Part shown: positions 31,040 through 44,051 of the stretch, piece by piece
How positions within the stretch are numbered: position 1 is the stretch's first letter
Layout of the letters: each line of letters opens with the position of its first letter
The notes under the pieces: generated by a model
Seen by the model: the letters and a program-made list of their open reading frames with translations, nothing else
Told to the model about the DNA's origin: nothing
Database searches by the model: none
Position numbers and translations under genes: made by a program
Source: Octopus vulgaris
Lineage: Eukaryota
Direction: 5' to 3'
Length of the DNA: 64,000 bases
NCBI GenBank assembly: GCA_951406725.2
Contig: OX597840.1
Coordinates: 16,306,001 to 16,370,000, forward strand

Positions 31040-34000
31040 ATCACAACTTGACCAATAGAACAGAGCCTCTTATACCTTGTGAACCCAAGATTAATCTTAA
31101 GGACCACAAGAGAAATTTCCTAGAAAACCCCTTGGTAAGACTCATATGTCCAACTAAGTCGGACATTGGCCGACTTAGTAAATCTATCTTGGACAATGTT
31201 CTACCCCAAATAACCCCTATCCTTCCCTTAAGTCTATGGTTTAATACTGATGAAGTAATAGATTGGTTTAATTCTCTAGTTAGCATTAGCAGTTTCTCTT
31301 TTATTCAATTTGATATCAATAATTATTATTCTAGTATATCCCCAATTTTGCTAAATAAATCGCTTATTTTTGCCATGAATCACTCCCTTATATCTAGAGA
31401 AGAAATTGACATAATCCTACTAGCTAGAAAAACTATCATAGAATTTGAAGGTAAATTATGGACTAGAGTAGATACCCCTAATAATTTTGATATACCCATA
31501 GGCTCCAGCGATTCAGCTGAGATAACTAATTTAGTAGGTGCATATTTATTAAAGTGCATAAAAAGGGAAATCCCTGAATTACAGGGTGGTCTATATAGGG
31601 ATGATGCTCTGTTTGTTGTTCCTAAATCAAGCATTGAAAGGATTAAAAAGAAAATTAATAAGTTCTTTAAAGATTTTAACCTTAACATTACTTATGAACC
31701 TAACACTAAAATAGTCAATTTCCTAGATATTACCTTAAACCTTAATTCTAAGCTACATTACTCATTTAGAAAGGAAGACGAAATCACTAGATATGTAAAT
31801 AAGTTATCTAATCATCCCCCAAATATAATAAAATCATTAGTTAAAAATATCTCCCTAAGAATTTCCAAACTGTCATCTAATAGTGATATATTCACTCTCA
31901 CTCTAAACATTATAATACCGCATTATCTAAAGCAGGATATGACCATGAAATTACCTTTCTCGATAAGGATAGTTTGTATCTTCCATACAAGGAAGAGAAT
32001 ATAAACTACGTAAACAAGAATAACTATCGTGCCCAACATAAAAATAGATTTATGGTGACGAAAAATCTAGTGTACAAACCAAATTATATAAATAAAAATA
32101 TTGACCAGTGCATAAGTAACTTTGAAAAAAACTAATCTAGATAAATCTAAAAAGCATGCAAATAAAAGTAATACGAATAATAACTCTCGTGAGAACAGTA
32201 ATAATACATCTCACCCCAACTCTAATTTAAGAAAATATAAAAAAGAAAATAATGTCATTTGGCTAAATATTCCTTTTAACTGTGCGATTTTATCGAATGT
32301 ATACAGTAAATTCAAATCTATACTAGAAAAAAATTTTTAAACTTCTCATAAATATCATAGAATAATTTCTAAGAGAACAGTTAGGATTTCATATTCAACC
32401 CTCCCAAATATGTCCACCATAATAGCTAGAATTGATAGTGAAAACATTAAGTTAGCCAGGAGTAGTAAGATTAGTATCAACATGAATAGCAATAATAATT
32501 GTAATAATAGTATCAAAAATAAAAATAATATTAATAATAATTATCAAAATGAGAACAACAACAATAATAATAATATCAATAATAGAAATAATTATAATGA
32601 TAAAAATAGGGATAATATAAATAAAAATAATACCAAAAATGATGATAGCAATAATATCTATAGCAGTAATAACTTTGATATAAATACAAATAATAATAAC
32701 AGCAATATCAATAATGTAGATAATAGAGGTATTGTTATGTTAGATGTGAATGATAGTGTGAATGGATCAATAAATAGTAACCCCACTTTGGATAACAATA
32801 TTACCTATAATAATGAAAATAATATTTATAATAATTTGAATAACAGCAATGTGAGGGAACTGTCCTTAAATAATTCCAAATCTGAAAATTATCCCCCCAG
32901 TTGCAATTGTAGGATTAGCTCAAATTGTCCGGCATCTGGTCGTTGTTCAGTCCAAAATGTAATCTATAAATGTACTATAATAACTTCTAATAATAACTTT
33001 TTTTTACATCAGTTGTTCTATTAATTTTAAACAGAGAATTAACAATCATCTTTCCTCTTTCCGATTAGATCATAAGGCAGGTTGCACTACACTATCTAGC
33101 AAAATTTGGGAACTCAAAACTAATAATATTAAATATAACCTAAAATGGAAAATAGTTAGAAGGGCAATACCTTACAGAAATAATAGAGTAGACTGTCAAC
33201 TCTGTTCTATGGAGACCTACGAGATTTTAAAGTATAGAAAAAATAAAAATCTACTAAATAATCGTCTAGAGTTAGGTCTGTCTTTCATTCATTCAAAAAT
33301 CGGAACTTTAAAATATTTCAAATAGAAATTTGAAGGTTTTCCTATTGTTTTCTAACTGTATCTTTTTAACATAATGATAAATAGAAAATATTGTTATATT
33401 TCGGAATGGTCATATTGCCAGTTTAGCCAATAATATACTATGCCAACTTTTAATTGACTTTATAGTCAACTAAATTAACCTTACTTAAATCATAGAATTG
33501 CTCATTTTCCCAATTCTATTCTAAATTTAACATGTAATACTATTCCCCCAGTTATAATCTGACTTTCACTATAAATTTGACCATTTGCTATTGAATTTAA
33601 TTGACCTCTAGATAGTGACCTAAATTCTTTCTCACCATATAAAAATAAAAGTTAAAATAAAAATAAATAGCCTTCTATTCTAGTGTTAACCTTGATTTTC
33701 TTACTGTATCTTTCTCTGCCTAAAACCCTCTTATTTCTTTCCTTATATCTCCCTTTCTCCTAACTCCTACTATAAATTCTGATGGCTTTCATTTGAAAGC
33801 AAGGTTTGGTGAACCTTACGGTCTCTTAAGAATTTAATGTTCCTCCCACACTGACCTAAATTTTCTGTCACCATAGAAATAGACTGACCCTTCTTTCTAG
33901 TGTCAATCTGTCTTTGTCCTTTTACATCCCCCACTTTTTTTCCCCTTCTGTTCTTTTCTCCAGCTAATCTACTCTCCTCAACCTACTATACTACCATTCC

Positions 34001-34430
34001 TATCACTAAAGAAATTTTTTCTTGCAACAGTTAGATGTGAACTTAATCTTGATCTGACTGGCATCTTTCTTCATGTTTCCTGAAATTCATATCCACAACT
34101 TTATCAGTATTTTTACCTTCTCCAGGATGTTACTAATTGATTTGAGAACTTTACATTGTTGGAAAACATATATGAACTTAATCCTGGTTTGCCTGGCATC
34201 CTATTTCAAGTTCCTGAAACTCATATCTACAACTTTATTGGTATATTTGCACTCTCTAAGATGTTACTAATTGATTTAAGAACTTTACATTATTGGAAAA
34301 CCTATATGAAATTAGCTGAAGATTACTTGACATATTATATTTGCTGTAATATTTGCAGCTTTAATAGATTATTATAGTATGAAACAATTGTACTAAATTA
34401 CCGGATCCATTCTTGTTGCTTATCTTTTGG

Positions 34431-34432
<2 letters not shown>
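31036..34432 (+). mobile_element. 5'-truncated Penelope-like element (RT plus C-terminal GIY-YIG, probably Hydra-type), frameshifted
   Basis: LKDHKRNF..RLICPTKS, QFDI..YYSSI, GLYRDDAL, VNFLDITL; CNCRISSNCPASGRCSVQNVIY; frame at 33002-33325 FYISCSINFKQRINNH..TTLSSKIWELK..KWKIV..CQLC..LLNNRLE; ~134-bp duplication 34039-34306; ends in TA run. Confidence 0.92.
34312..34396 (+). ncRNA. Type-I hammerhead ribozyme motif in the PLE 3' end
   Basis: TTAG-CTGAAGA-T-TACT...(GCTGTAAtatTTGCAGC)...AGTA-T-GAAA-CAATTG-TA-CTAA. Confidence 0.8.
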
Positions 34433-34481
<49 letters not shown>

Positions 34482-34577
34482 GAGTAAGCACATAAATGTG
34501 AAACAAGGTGGTAAAAAGAGTACTCAAATACCAGTAGAAAGCTTTGTTAAAAGTTTTTAAAAAATATTTTAGCAAAA

Positions 34578-34615
34578 CTGTCCGACGAACGGGAACGTGA
34601 AACTCCGAGTCACAG
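34578..34615 (+). ncRNA. Minimal hammerhead motif with U4C core variant
   Basis: CTGT-CCGACGA-ACG(ggaa)CGT-GAAA-CTCCGAG-TC-ACAG. Confidence 0.65.
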
Positions 34616-34648
34616 CTTTTGTTATATTTCTGCTGCTTTTAAATAAAG

Positions 34649-34681
<33 letters not shown>

Positions 34682-34934
34682 TTACTGTACACACACATAT
34701 ATATATAATTGATGAAGGAAACGGAAAATGGATTTAGTCTGAATCTTTACTTGTCCTGCAGCAGTCCCTTAGGGGTAAGATAATGTGCATCTAGTTGTGT
34801 TGACACAATCAATGCAGGCTGTGTCACTTCAGGTGGTTGGTGCAAAAAAAGATGTTGCACTAGATATACTGAGATCTTGACATTTTTGTTCTCTCTCTCA
34901 CACACATATACATATGCATTATTTTTCCTTTGCA

Positions 34935-35208
34935 AGAGCAAACATGAAACCCTACAGAAAATATTGGGTTGTCCGGAAAGTTCATGCCTTTATTTAAGGC
35001 GGCGAGCTGGCAGAAATGTTAGCACGCTGGGCGAAATGCATTGCCGTATTTCGTCTGCCGTTATGTTCTGAGTTCAAATTCTGCCGAGGTCGACTTTGCC
35101 TTTCATCCTTTCGGGGTCGATAAATTAAGTACCAGTTACGTACTGAGGTCGATATCTGTCCTTGTTTGTCCCCTCTGTGTTTGGCCCCTTGTGGGTAGTG
35201 AATAAATA
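34935..35208 (+). mobile_element. tRNA-derived SINE of a second family, with 5' extra sequence and 17-bp TSD
   Basis: aaggcggcgagctggcagaa...gagttcaaattc...gcctttcatcctttcggggtcgataaa; flanked by attatttttcctttgca at 34918 and 35209. Confidence 0.8.
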
Positions 35209-35226
35209 ATTATTTTTCCTTTGCAG

Positions 35227-35376
35227 GATCTGAAAATATTTGGTAGGGAAGAGGAAAATAAATCCCTTCAACAGTTAACGCTAATTGTCAATGTAACTTC
35301 TCCAACAACGCTGCTTGGCAAAGGAGAAATTCTGGACAAAATGTTGCTGCTTACCAAAGTCTCTTTTGCTCTTCAA
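35227..35376 (+). CDS. CMTR2: CMTR2 exon G
   Basis: tttgcag|GAT...CAA|gtgagt; 150 nt open, phase 0/0; DLKIFGREEENKSLQQLTLIVNV...FALQ. Confidence 0.78.
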
Positions 35377-35479
35377 GTGAGTGTGTCTTAAAGCACTGGC
35401 TTCTATCTCTTCAACTGTCTTAAATATTTTTTGTTCTCTTTGTTGTTTAACCCTGGTTCAGTCCCAATTGAGCAGATCA

Positions 35480-36587
35480 ATGGTATTCCCAAGAAGTTTT
35501 GGAAGTCAGCTGGAAAGATTCTGGCTTCAGTGTTTTGGGTCAAAGATAGAGTACTCATAAAATACCTGCCAAAGGGCCATGTCATCAATGCAGAATACTA
35601 CATGTCTCCTTTGGATGAACAGCATGAAGCTGTGGAAAACTGAACTGTGGTGTCCTGTTCTTGCAGGACAGTGCATCAGCACACACAGTACATGAAACCC
35701 TACAGAAAATATTGGGTTGTCCGGAAAGGTCGTGCTAATTTATAGTAACTTACATTTTTCGACTTATTTTAGAACGTGGTTGAGTCCATAAAATAGGATT
35801 TGACTACACCTCCATTTAAAGCAGAGTTTAAGCTATCTTTTTTGGGGAAGAAGGTTTATGTTCCTATAACCTGTGTTAATTCTGTAACCCTTTAAAATGG
35901 AGGATAAGAAAGTTCATTTTCAGCACTTGATGCTTTGGGAACCAGACAAAAATTGCTGCAGCTTGGCTGGGATGTGTTACCCCACCCTCCATATTCACCA
36001 GATATTGCTCCTTCAGATTTCCACTTATTCAGGTCTCTGCAGAATAGTCTTAATGGTAAAAATTTCAATTCCTTGGATGACGTAAAAAGATACCTTGATG
36101 AATTCTTTGCCATAAAACCACCTCAATTCTGGGAAGAGGGTATTTTCAAGTTAAAGGAAAGATGGGGACGCATTGTGCAATAAAATGGTTCATATTTGGT
36201 TGATTAAAAATGCAATGGCAAGTATTTATTGACTTTTTCTTTCCTTTAAAAATCGGCACGAACTTTCTGGACAACCCAGTACATGACTTTGGCTTTGAAT
36301 TGGTAGATTAACCACCTTTCTTTCCTGACTTAGCTATCACCACTTTTCACAACTGAAGAAACATTTCAAGGAAATGAAATTTCACTCTGATTCGGAAGTG
36401 ATCGCTGCTACTGAGGCCTGGTTGGTGGTCCAACCTTCCAAGTCCTTTTTACAGGGTTTAGGAAAACTGAAGGACGGTTGCAATAAGTGTTTGAATCTGA
36501 GTGGGGAATATGTTCAATAAAATCATAATTAACTTATCTTCCTGTATTTTCTTTTACTCAAAGCCAGGAACTTTTCAGCACCCCTTG
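35480..36587 (+). mobile_element. mariner remnant interrupted by a nested mariner
   Basis: SAGKILASVFW..YLPKGHVINAEYY; LQDSA..H; right end ggaacttttcagcaccccttg|TA. Confidence 0.75.
35712..36279 (+). mobile_element. Internally deleted mariner, same family and deletion as 28253-28817
   Basis: TA-flanked TTGGGTTGTCCGGAAAG TIRs; HPPYSPDIAPSDFHLF. Confidence 0.92.
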
Positions 36588-36845
36588 TATATACATACAC
36601 CAGTTTCCTACAGTTTCTATCTGCCAAATCCACTCATAAATCATTTGTTGGACCAGGGCCAACAGTAAAAGACCCTTGCCCAGGGCACCACATAGTGGGA
36701 CTGAACCCAGGACCATTTGGTTACAAAGAAATTCGACCACAGCTGTACCTGCATCCAGTTGACTATTTTTGTTTTTTTCTATCTTATTTAATTGGTGTTT
36801 TTAATCTAATTGTGTCAATGAACTCTTTTATTTTAATTACTCTAG

Positions 36846-36944
36846 AAACTGAAGGCTGATGACAATCTCCTGCTTCTGACTCATTCCTTTCTCACAAGAT
36901 TCTCCGCTGGTCTTCTCCTTCTTGCTTATGATTGCTTCCAGAAG
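36846..36944 (+). CDS. CMTR2: CMTR2 exon H
   Basis: tctag|AAA...AAG|gtttgt; 99 nt; KLKADDNLLLLTHSFLTRFSAGLLLLAYDCFQK matches the TRF-x-AGL...CF motif of the C-terminal MTase-like domain. Confidence 0.88.
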
Positions 36945-38089
36945 GTTTGTAGGTTTATGGTTTTTTTGTAATTTATTGTTTTTTTTTATGGTTTAGTCTC
37001 AGCAGGAAGAGACGGACCTGTGACCTTTTTTATAAAGTGTCCAAGATTATATATTATTTTGCATCAATACATAACGACTGGCAAAATCGTTAGCGTGCTG
37101 GGCAAAGTGGTTAGTGGCAAGTTATCCGTTTTTACGTTCTAAGTTCAAATTCTCTCAAAGTCGACTTTGCTTTTCATCCTTTCAGGATTGATAAAATAAG
37201 TACCAGTTGAACACTGGAGTCAATTTAATCAACTTACCCGCTCCACTGAAATTGTTGGCCTTGTGACAAAATTCGATATCAATATATACAAAATCTAAGG
37301 TGGCAAGCTGGCAGAATCGTTAGCACGCCAAGTGAAATGCTTAGTGGTATTTTGTCCATCTTTACATTCTGAGTTCAAATTCCGCCAAGGTCGACTTTGC
37401 CTTTCATCCTTTCGGGGTCGATAAATTAAGTACCAGTTGCATACAAGGGTCAATCTAATCAACTGCACCCCATCAAAAATAAGTACCATTTGAGCACTGG
37501 GGTCGTTGTAATCAATTTGCTCCCCACAACCACCCACGAAATTGCTGGCCTTGTGCCAAAATTTGAAACCATTATTAATAAGGTGGGGAGCTGGCAGTAT
37601 CATTAGAACTTCAGACAACATGCTTAGTGGCATTTTATCATAGGCGCAGGAGTGGCTGTGTGGTAAGTAGCTTGCTTACCAACCACATGGTTCTGGGTTC
37701 AGTCTCACTGTGTGGAACCTTGGGCAAGTGTCTTCAACTATAGCCTCAGGCAAATCCTTGTGAGTGGATTTGGTAGACAGAAACTGAAAATAGCCCATCG
37801 TATATATGTGTGCGTGTGTTTGTGTGTCTGTGTTTGTCCCCCCCCCCCCCATCGCTTGACAACTGATGTTGGTGTGTTCACGTCCCTGTAACTTAATGGT
37901 TCGGCAAAAGAGACCAATAGAATAAGTACTGGGCTCGATTTGTTCAACTAAAAGCGGTGCTCCTGCATGGCCACAGTCAAACGACTGAAACAAATAAAAG
38001 TAAAAGAAAGGCTCTTTATGTTCTGTGTTCAACTCTGCTAAGGTTGACTTTTCCTTCCATCCTTTTGAGAATGCATAAAACATGAAGGT

Positions 38090-38520
38090 CGGCTAAAATG
38101 TTCATAGGCTGACCAAGCTACTCTCATGCAATCTGACCAGTGTTGCAGTTCTTGGATCCCATTGGTGAAGAAGCTTTCATCCTGTTACTCAAATGAGTTA
38201 ACAGCAGACATGCTGTCATCATCACTGCAACACTGGTTTCCAGTCAAGTGTTTTTTATAATGTTGGGAAACAAATGATAGTCAGAAGGGGCCAAGTTAGG
38301 GGAATAGGGAGGGTGAACAACTAGTTCAAAGCGACAGTAACACACAACAGCCATTGAAAGCAAGGACTTGTGTGCTGGAGCACTGTCTTGATGAAACAAG
38401 ATCCCTTTCATCAGTTTTCCTGGGCATTTCATCTCGATAGCCTTTCGTTACTGTCTCAGAAGTTGGCATAGTACCCTCCATTGATGGTGTGACCTTTTTG
38501 AAGATAGTCAATAAGAAATT
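38090..38520 (-). mobile_element. mariner catalytic-domain fragment
   Basis: ILFHQDSAPAH..HPPYSPNLAPSDYHLF. Confidence 0.8.
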
Positions 38521-38936
38521 ATTGTACACTAGCTGGCTCCGTGTTGTCAAAAATGACGGTTAATTGTAGTATTTTATATATAAATAAGGTAATAAATGGA
38601 ATAGTGTATTTGTTCCTCATCGCTGCTTGATAATGTTGGTTCATTTACACCTCTTCTGTGACTTAGCAGTTTGGTAAATGACACTGACAGAATAAGTAAC
38701 AGGCCTTAAAGAAAACATTTATAAATACTGGGGTTGATTTATTTGGCTAAAACCCTTCAAGGTATTGCTCTAGCATGGCCACAATTCAATGACTGAAGCA
38801 AGTAAAAAATATAAACTATATATGGGTATATGTGTGTGTATTTGTCTTTATGTGTGTGTATGTCTTTATGTGTGTGTATTTGTCTTTATAGTGTATATGT
38901 CTTTCAATACAGTTGAACCAATTTTCTTCAAAACAG

Positions 38937-39120
38937 ATCGGGATATTTCCCACGCCTCATGCTGGAACTTTGAAACAGTTGGTGTTACTTTCAGACTTTA
39001 CTTCCTGTCCTGGGTACATTGCCAAATACTTGCAGGTTCTTGTACAAACCTATGAGCGCCATGGATCAAGCCAGGAACGAGACGTCTTAGAGATTGTTCC
39101 AATGAAAATTCTGAATAAAG
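38937..39120 (+). CDS. CMTR2: CMTR2 exon I
   Basis: aaacag|ATC...AAA G|gtttgt; 184 nt, phase 0/1; ...DVLEIVPMKILNK matches the CMTR2 C-terminal VL-x-x-VPM motif; an in-frame alternative acceptor exists at 38913. Confidence 0.85.
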
Positions 39121-40559
39121 GTTTGTGTAAATGCATTATCACCATCACCATTTAATGCGCATTTTTCCATACTTGCATGGGTCAGACAGAATTTGTTGAG
39201 GCAGATTTTCTGCAGCTCGATGTTTTTCATTTCATCCACCCTTGTTTGTTTCCAAATAAAGTAATATTTCCCCATGGGAAACTCGAAATAAACATCACCA
39301 GCATGACACTGATGCTTGTTTAAAACCATCCTTGACAAGGGTACATACAAACACACGTATATGTGTGGAACACATGGGAGCAGGAGACCCAGGAAGACAT
39401 GGGATGAAGTACTGATGAACAACCTCAGGAAACTAAACTTTTCAGGTGAGATGATAAAGGACCAAGACACCTGGCTGTACTCAAGAAGCCCCATACCCAC
39501 AGTAGACGTGTTAAGACCAACCCTGCAGGTGATGTAAAGCACTTGTGACAATGCCACGTAAAAGCACTCATGGTGATGCCATGTAAAATTGCCCCTGTGG
39601 TGCCACATAAAAGTGACTGTGCAGCGTCACGTAAATGAGCCCATGCAGTGCTACGTAAACGTTCTTGTGTCAGTGCCTGTATAGTCCCACTTAAAAGTGC
39701 CCAGCACACTCTGCAAAGTGGTTGGAGTTAGGAAGAGCATCCAGCCGTAGGAACCAGGCCAAATCAGACAGGATCTTGGTGCAGCTCCCCAGTTTACCAG
39801 TTAAACATTCCAAGCCATGCCAGCATGGACAGCAGACGTTAGATGATGATGATGATATATGCATACATACATGCATATCTATATACCCACACTCACACAC
39901 ACACACATCCTTTTTTCATCATTATTTCAACATGCCCTTTATAATGCTTTGCATTGGTCTGATGGAGTTTGAGGCAGATTTTTCTATGGCCAGATGCACT
40001 TTCTGTTGCCAACCCTCACCTGTTTCCAAGCAAGGTAATATTTCCCCCAATGGCCAGACATGTGCTCATGGAAGATTGGAATTGAAGGACACTGCTTATA
40101 TGACAGTGACACTCATTTACAATTATCGCACAATGTCAAAACAAGAAGACTCAAACACACACACATACACTCATGCATATGTGCACACACACACACATGC
40201 TTTAATATTTTGCTTAGGCATTGCAATACTAATAATCTTGTGTTAGAACTCAATATACGTGTGAAGCTATAGGGTAATACTGAAGCACTTAACTACGAGT
40301 GCATCGCATCTTTTAGCAGAAACAGCTGTAAGCTAATGAAGTTCATAACAGAATTATTTATCCCTTTATCATCCGAGTTTCTTATACGTATATATGCAAG
40401 ATAGCTGTGTGGTAAGTAGCTTGCTTTACCAATCACATACTTTCAGGTTCAGTCCCACTGCGTGGCACCTTGGGCAAGTGTCTTCTTCTGTAGCCTTGGG
40501 CCGGCGAAAGCATTGTGAGTAGGTTTGGCAGACAGAGGCTGAAAGAAGCCTGTTGTATG

Positions 40560-40596
<37 letters not shown>

Positions 40597-40599
40597 GTA

Positions 40600-42192
40600 T
40601 TGTCTTGAAGATGTGTCAAAACCAACTTGCACCCCCTCTAGCCAATCTGTGGCGGAACTCATTGGATGCTGGATATATACCAGAAGACCTTCTATCCCAG
40701 TCTGTTGTCCCAGTTTTCAAAAAAGGAAACAAATCGCTTGCCGTGAATTACCGTCCAATCTCACTCACCTCTCATATCATCAAGGTATTTGAGAGGGTGC
40801 TGAGATCGCGTATGACTCACTTCCTTGAGAGTCATAATATGCTGAACCCCAACCAGCATGGATTCCGTAATGGGAGAGATTGCCTGACGCAGCTACTGCA
40901 TCATTTTGATGACATTTTGAGAGCCTTGGGAGAGGGTTCCAACACTGATGTCATCTACCTTGATTTCAGCAAGGCCTTTGACAGGGTTGATCATAAGATC
41001 CTTCTGAGAAAGCTGTCCAATATTGGTGTCACTGGAAAGCTGCTGCAATGGATCAAGTGCTTCCTCTCTAACAGAACCCAACATGTTGTAGTCGAAGGAG
41101 TCAAATCCAGCCCAGCCAAAGTCAGCAGTGGTGTCCCACAAGGCACTGTGTTGGGCCCACTTCTCTTCATCATCTACATAAATGATATTACTGACACCAT
41201 CAAACACAGCAACATCAGAACCTTCGCTGATGATTCCAAGCTCCAGAAGGTCATCAATGGCGTGGATGACCGAATAAACCTTCAGTCAGACCTACTGGCT
41301 GTTGTCCAATGGGCGGAAAAGAATAACATGTTGCTAAATGAAGACAAATTCGAACTGATCCACTTTGGAAGAGAGGACGCTCTGAAACTCCCATACTCTC
41401 TTCCTTCTGGAGAAATTCTCATGGCATCCAACAACATCAGAGACCTGGGAGTAACAGTGGACAACAACATAAGCTGGGCTACACATATAAGCAGCAAAGT
41501 TGACATGGCCCGCAGAATGTGTTCCTGGATTCTCAGAACCTTCCAGTCGAGAGATTCCCACGCTATTATCCTTCTCTTCTCCACTTTTGCCCGACCCCAC
41601 CTTGAATACTGCTGTCCACTGTGGTCTCCCTACACAAAACAAAATATTATGAGAATTGAAGCTCCCCAAAGGTCAATCACAAAAAAGATAGATGGCATGT
41701 CAGACCTTGACTACTGGGGTAGACTAGAGAAGCTGAAATTGTATTCACTCCAACGACGCCGTGAACGCTACATTATCTGTATGATGTGGAAAATATTCCA
41801 TCAGCACTGTCCGAATGATGTTGGCATCACCTTCAAAATGCATCCAAGGCTTGGACCACGTGCCATCCGTCCACAACAAAAATCTAAATCGCATCACATA
41901 ACGACAATACGGCACAACTATTTCACCTCAATTGGACCCGCTCTCTTCAACATTACACCAGGACACGTCAAAAAAGAAACTGACCACACAAAATTCAAGA
42001 AGTCTTTGGACAAATTCCTTCAAACAGTACCGGACAAACCATCCACACCCGGATATGTCTCCGCAAACAATAACTCTCTGCTCGAATGGGCCTTGGTGCC
42101 CAAATCCTGAACTGAAAGACTTCGCCAGGTGGTGCTATTAAGTTAGACATGGCCTGGGCCAATACTGGCCAAAAACCTTTCTAAGTTAAGTT
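40600..42192 (+). mobile_element. 5'-truncated CR1/L2-group LINE with uninterrupted RT frame to 42110
   Basis: NYRPISLTS, QHGFR, YLDFSKAFD, SGVPQGTVLGPLLF, FADDSK, RPHLEYC; tail ctaagttaagtt; splits a SINE at its TA tract. Confidence 0.92.
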
Positions 42193-42197
42193 ATATG

Positions 42198-42232
<35 letters not shown>

Positions 42233-42303
42233 GTATATATATATATATGTATATATATATGTATATATATATGTATATATATATATGTATATATATATAT
42301 ATG

Positions 42304-42336
<33 letters not shown>

Positions 42337-42868
42337 GTATATGTTTGTGTGTATATGTTTGTGTGTCAGTGTTTGTCCCTGCCACCATCACTTGACAACT
42401 GATTCTGGTGCGTTTGTGTCCCCATAACTTAGTGATTTGGCAAAAGAGACCGATAGAATAAGTACTAGGCTTACAAAGAATAAGTCCTGGGGTCATTTGC
42501 TCAACTAAAGGCGGTGCTCCAGCATGGCTGCAGTTAAATGACTGAAACAAGTAAAAGAATGTATGTATGTATATATATATATGTGTGTGTGTGTGTATGC
42601 ATATATGTATATATATATATGTGTGTATGCATATAGGTATGCATGTATATGTATATATATGTGTATATATAATAAGGTAGTCATAATGGTGGATGATCAT
42701 ATATTTTTTTTATTTCTTTACATCTCATTAAAAATTCTACTGCTTTCTTCTGTTATTGGATTTATCAAAAAATGGTTCAAATTTACATTTCTTGGCCTTT
42801 TTATAAAGAATTTCCAGTGGTTTGCCAAGCGAGGGAGAACAAAGAAGAAAAAATCTTTCTCTCTCTCT

Positions 42869-43708
42869 CAGGGTGTGGTGACTAAAGTGTCTAAATTAAG
42901 CAAAAATGAAAATAACACTGACATCTCATTTTAACAAATGTATTTACCACAATTACATAAAAATATCTTGAAATACTAAAAGAGTAAATTTATTTAATAA
43001 AATCACCATTGGCTTCAATCATGTCCTCCAGACAGCTTCGGAATCTTCTGCAACTCTTCTGGACAGTCTCCTTGTTTAAGTTGGTGTTTATCTTTGGTGT
43101 TACAAGGAGTTTTGTTGGTCTCTTTCTCAATTGTGCTCCACACATAATAATCAAGGGGGTTGCAGTCTGGGGAGTTAGGTGGCCAGGTATTAGGGGGGAT
43201 GTAGTCACAGAAATTGTCTGACAGCCATGACTGGGTTCTCCTGCTTGTGTGGCATGGTGCAGAGTACTGTTGCCAGACATAGGGTCTGCCAGCAGCCACC
43301 CTCTTGACCCAAGACAGCACTACATCCTCCAGGCACTTGATGTAGGCCTCTGTGTTTAGTCTAAGGTTGTGTGGGAAGTTGAATGGAGGCGTAACATCGC
43401 TATCACTAGTGATCACTCCAAGCACCATGAAGTTGACTGGCTGTTTGATTTTTATCGCTCTTGGTACTTATCCTCAGATCACCACCCAAGCACTCTGAAA
43501 TTCTTGTATTGGAGCTTCCGGCACAAAAATACCAATCAGTACAACATGTTTCCAAATTTCTGGCAGAGTGAATTGCGTTATGGTGCTGCTTTTCTCACAG
43601 ACAGTGCCCAACTGACCCTGCTATACTGTGTAGTCGACAAAATCAAAAACAATGTGCACACACGAAATTAAAAATATAAAATGGTAGCAATTTACCCATC
43701 ACACCCTG
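42869..43708 (-). mobile_element. Tc1/maT-like DNA transposon, internally deleted
   Basis: CAGGGTGTGGTG ... CATCACACCCTG|TA TIRs; WQQ-x-SAPCH..WPPNSPDCNPLDYYVW. Confidence 0.88.
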
Positions 43709-43720
43709 TATATATATGTT

Positions 43721-43762
<42 letters not shown>

Positions 43763-44015
43763 GAGCAATAAGAAAATGGAGGGGATCAATAGGTGGTTCA
43801 TCAACTTTTAGACATTATATTATGCCTATTTAGTTATTTACTAAAATGACAATTACAGGAATATACATACATGTATAACATATTATGCTTTACATATAAA
43901 ATATATTAATATACTATCAAAATATCAAAATATAACATACAGGAATATAAATTTGGAAAAATATCTTACAGCTGTTTCAGCCACGAGGCAAAAATACCTC
44001 ATGTATGTGTATATA

Positions 44016-44051
<36 letters not shown>

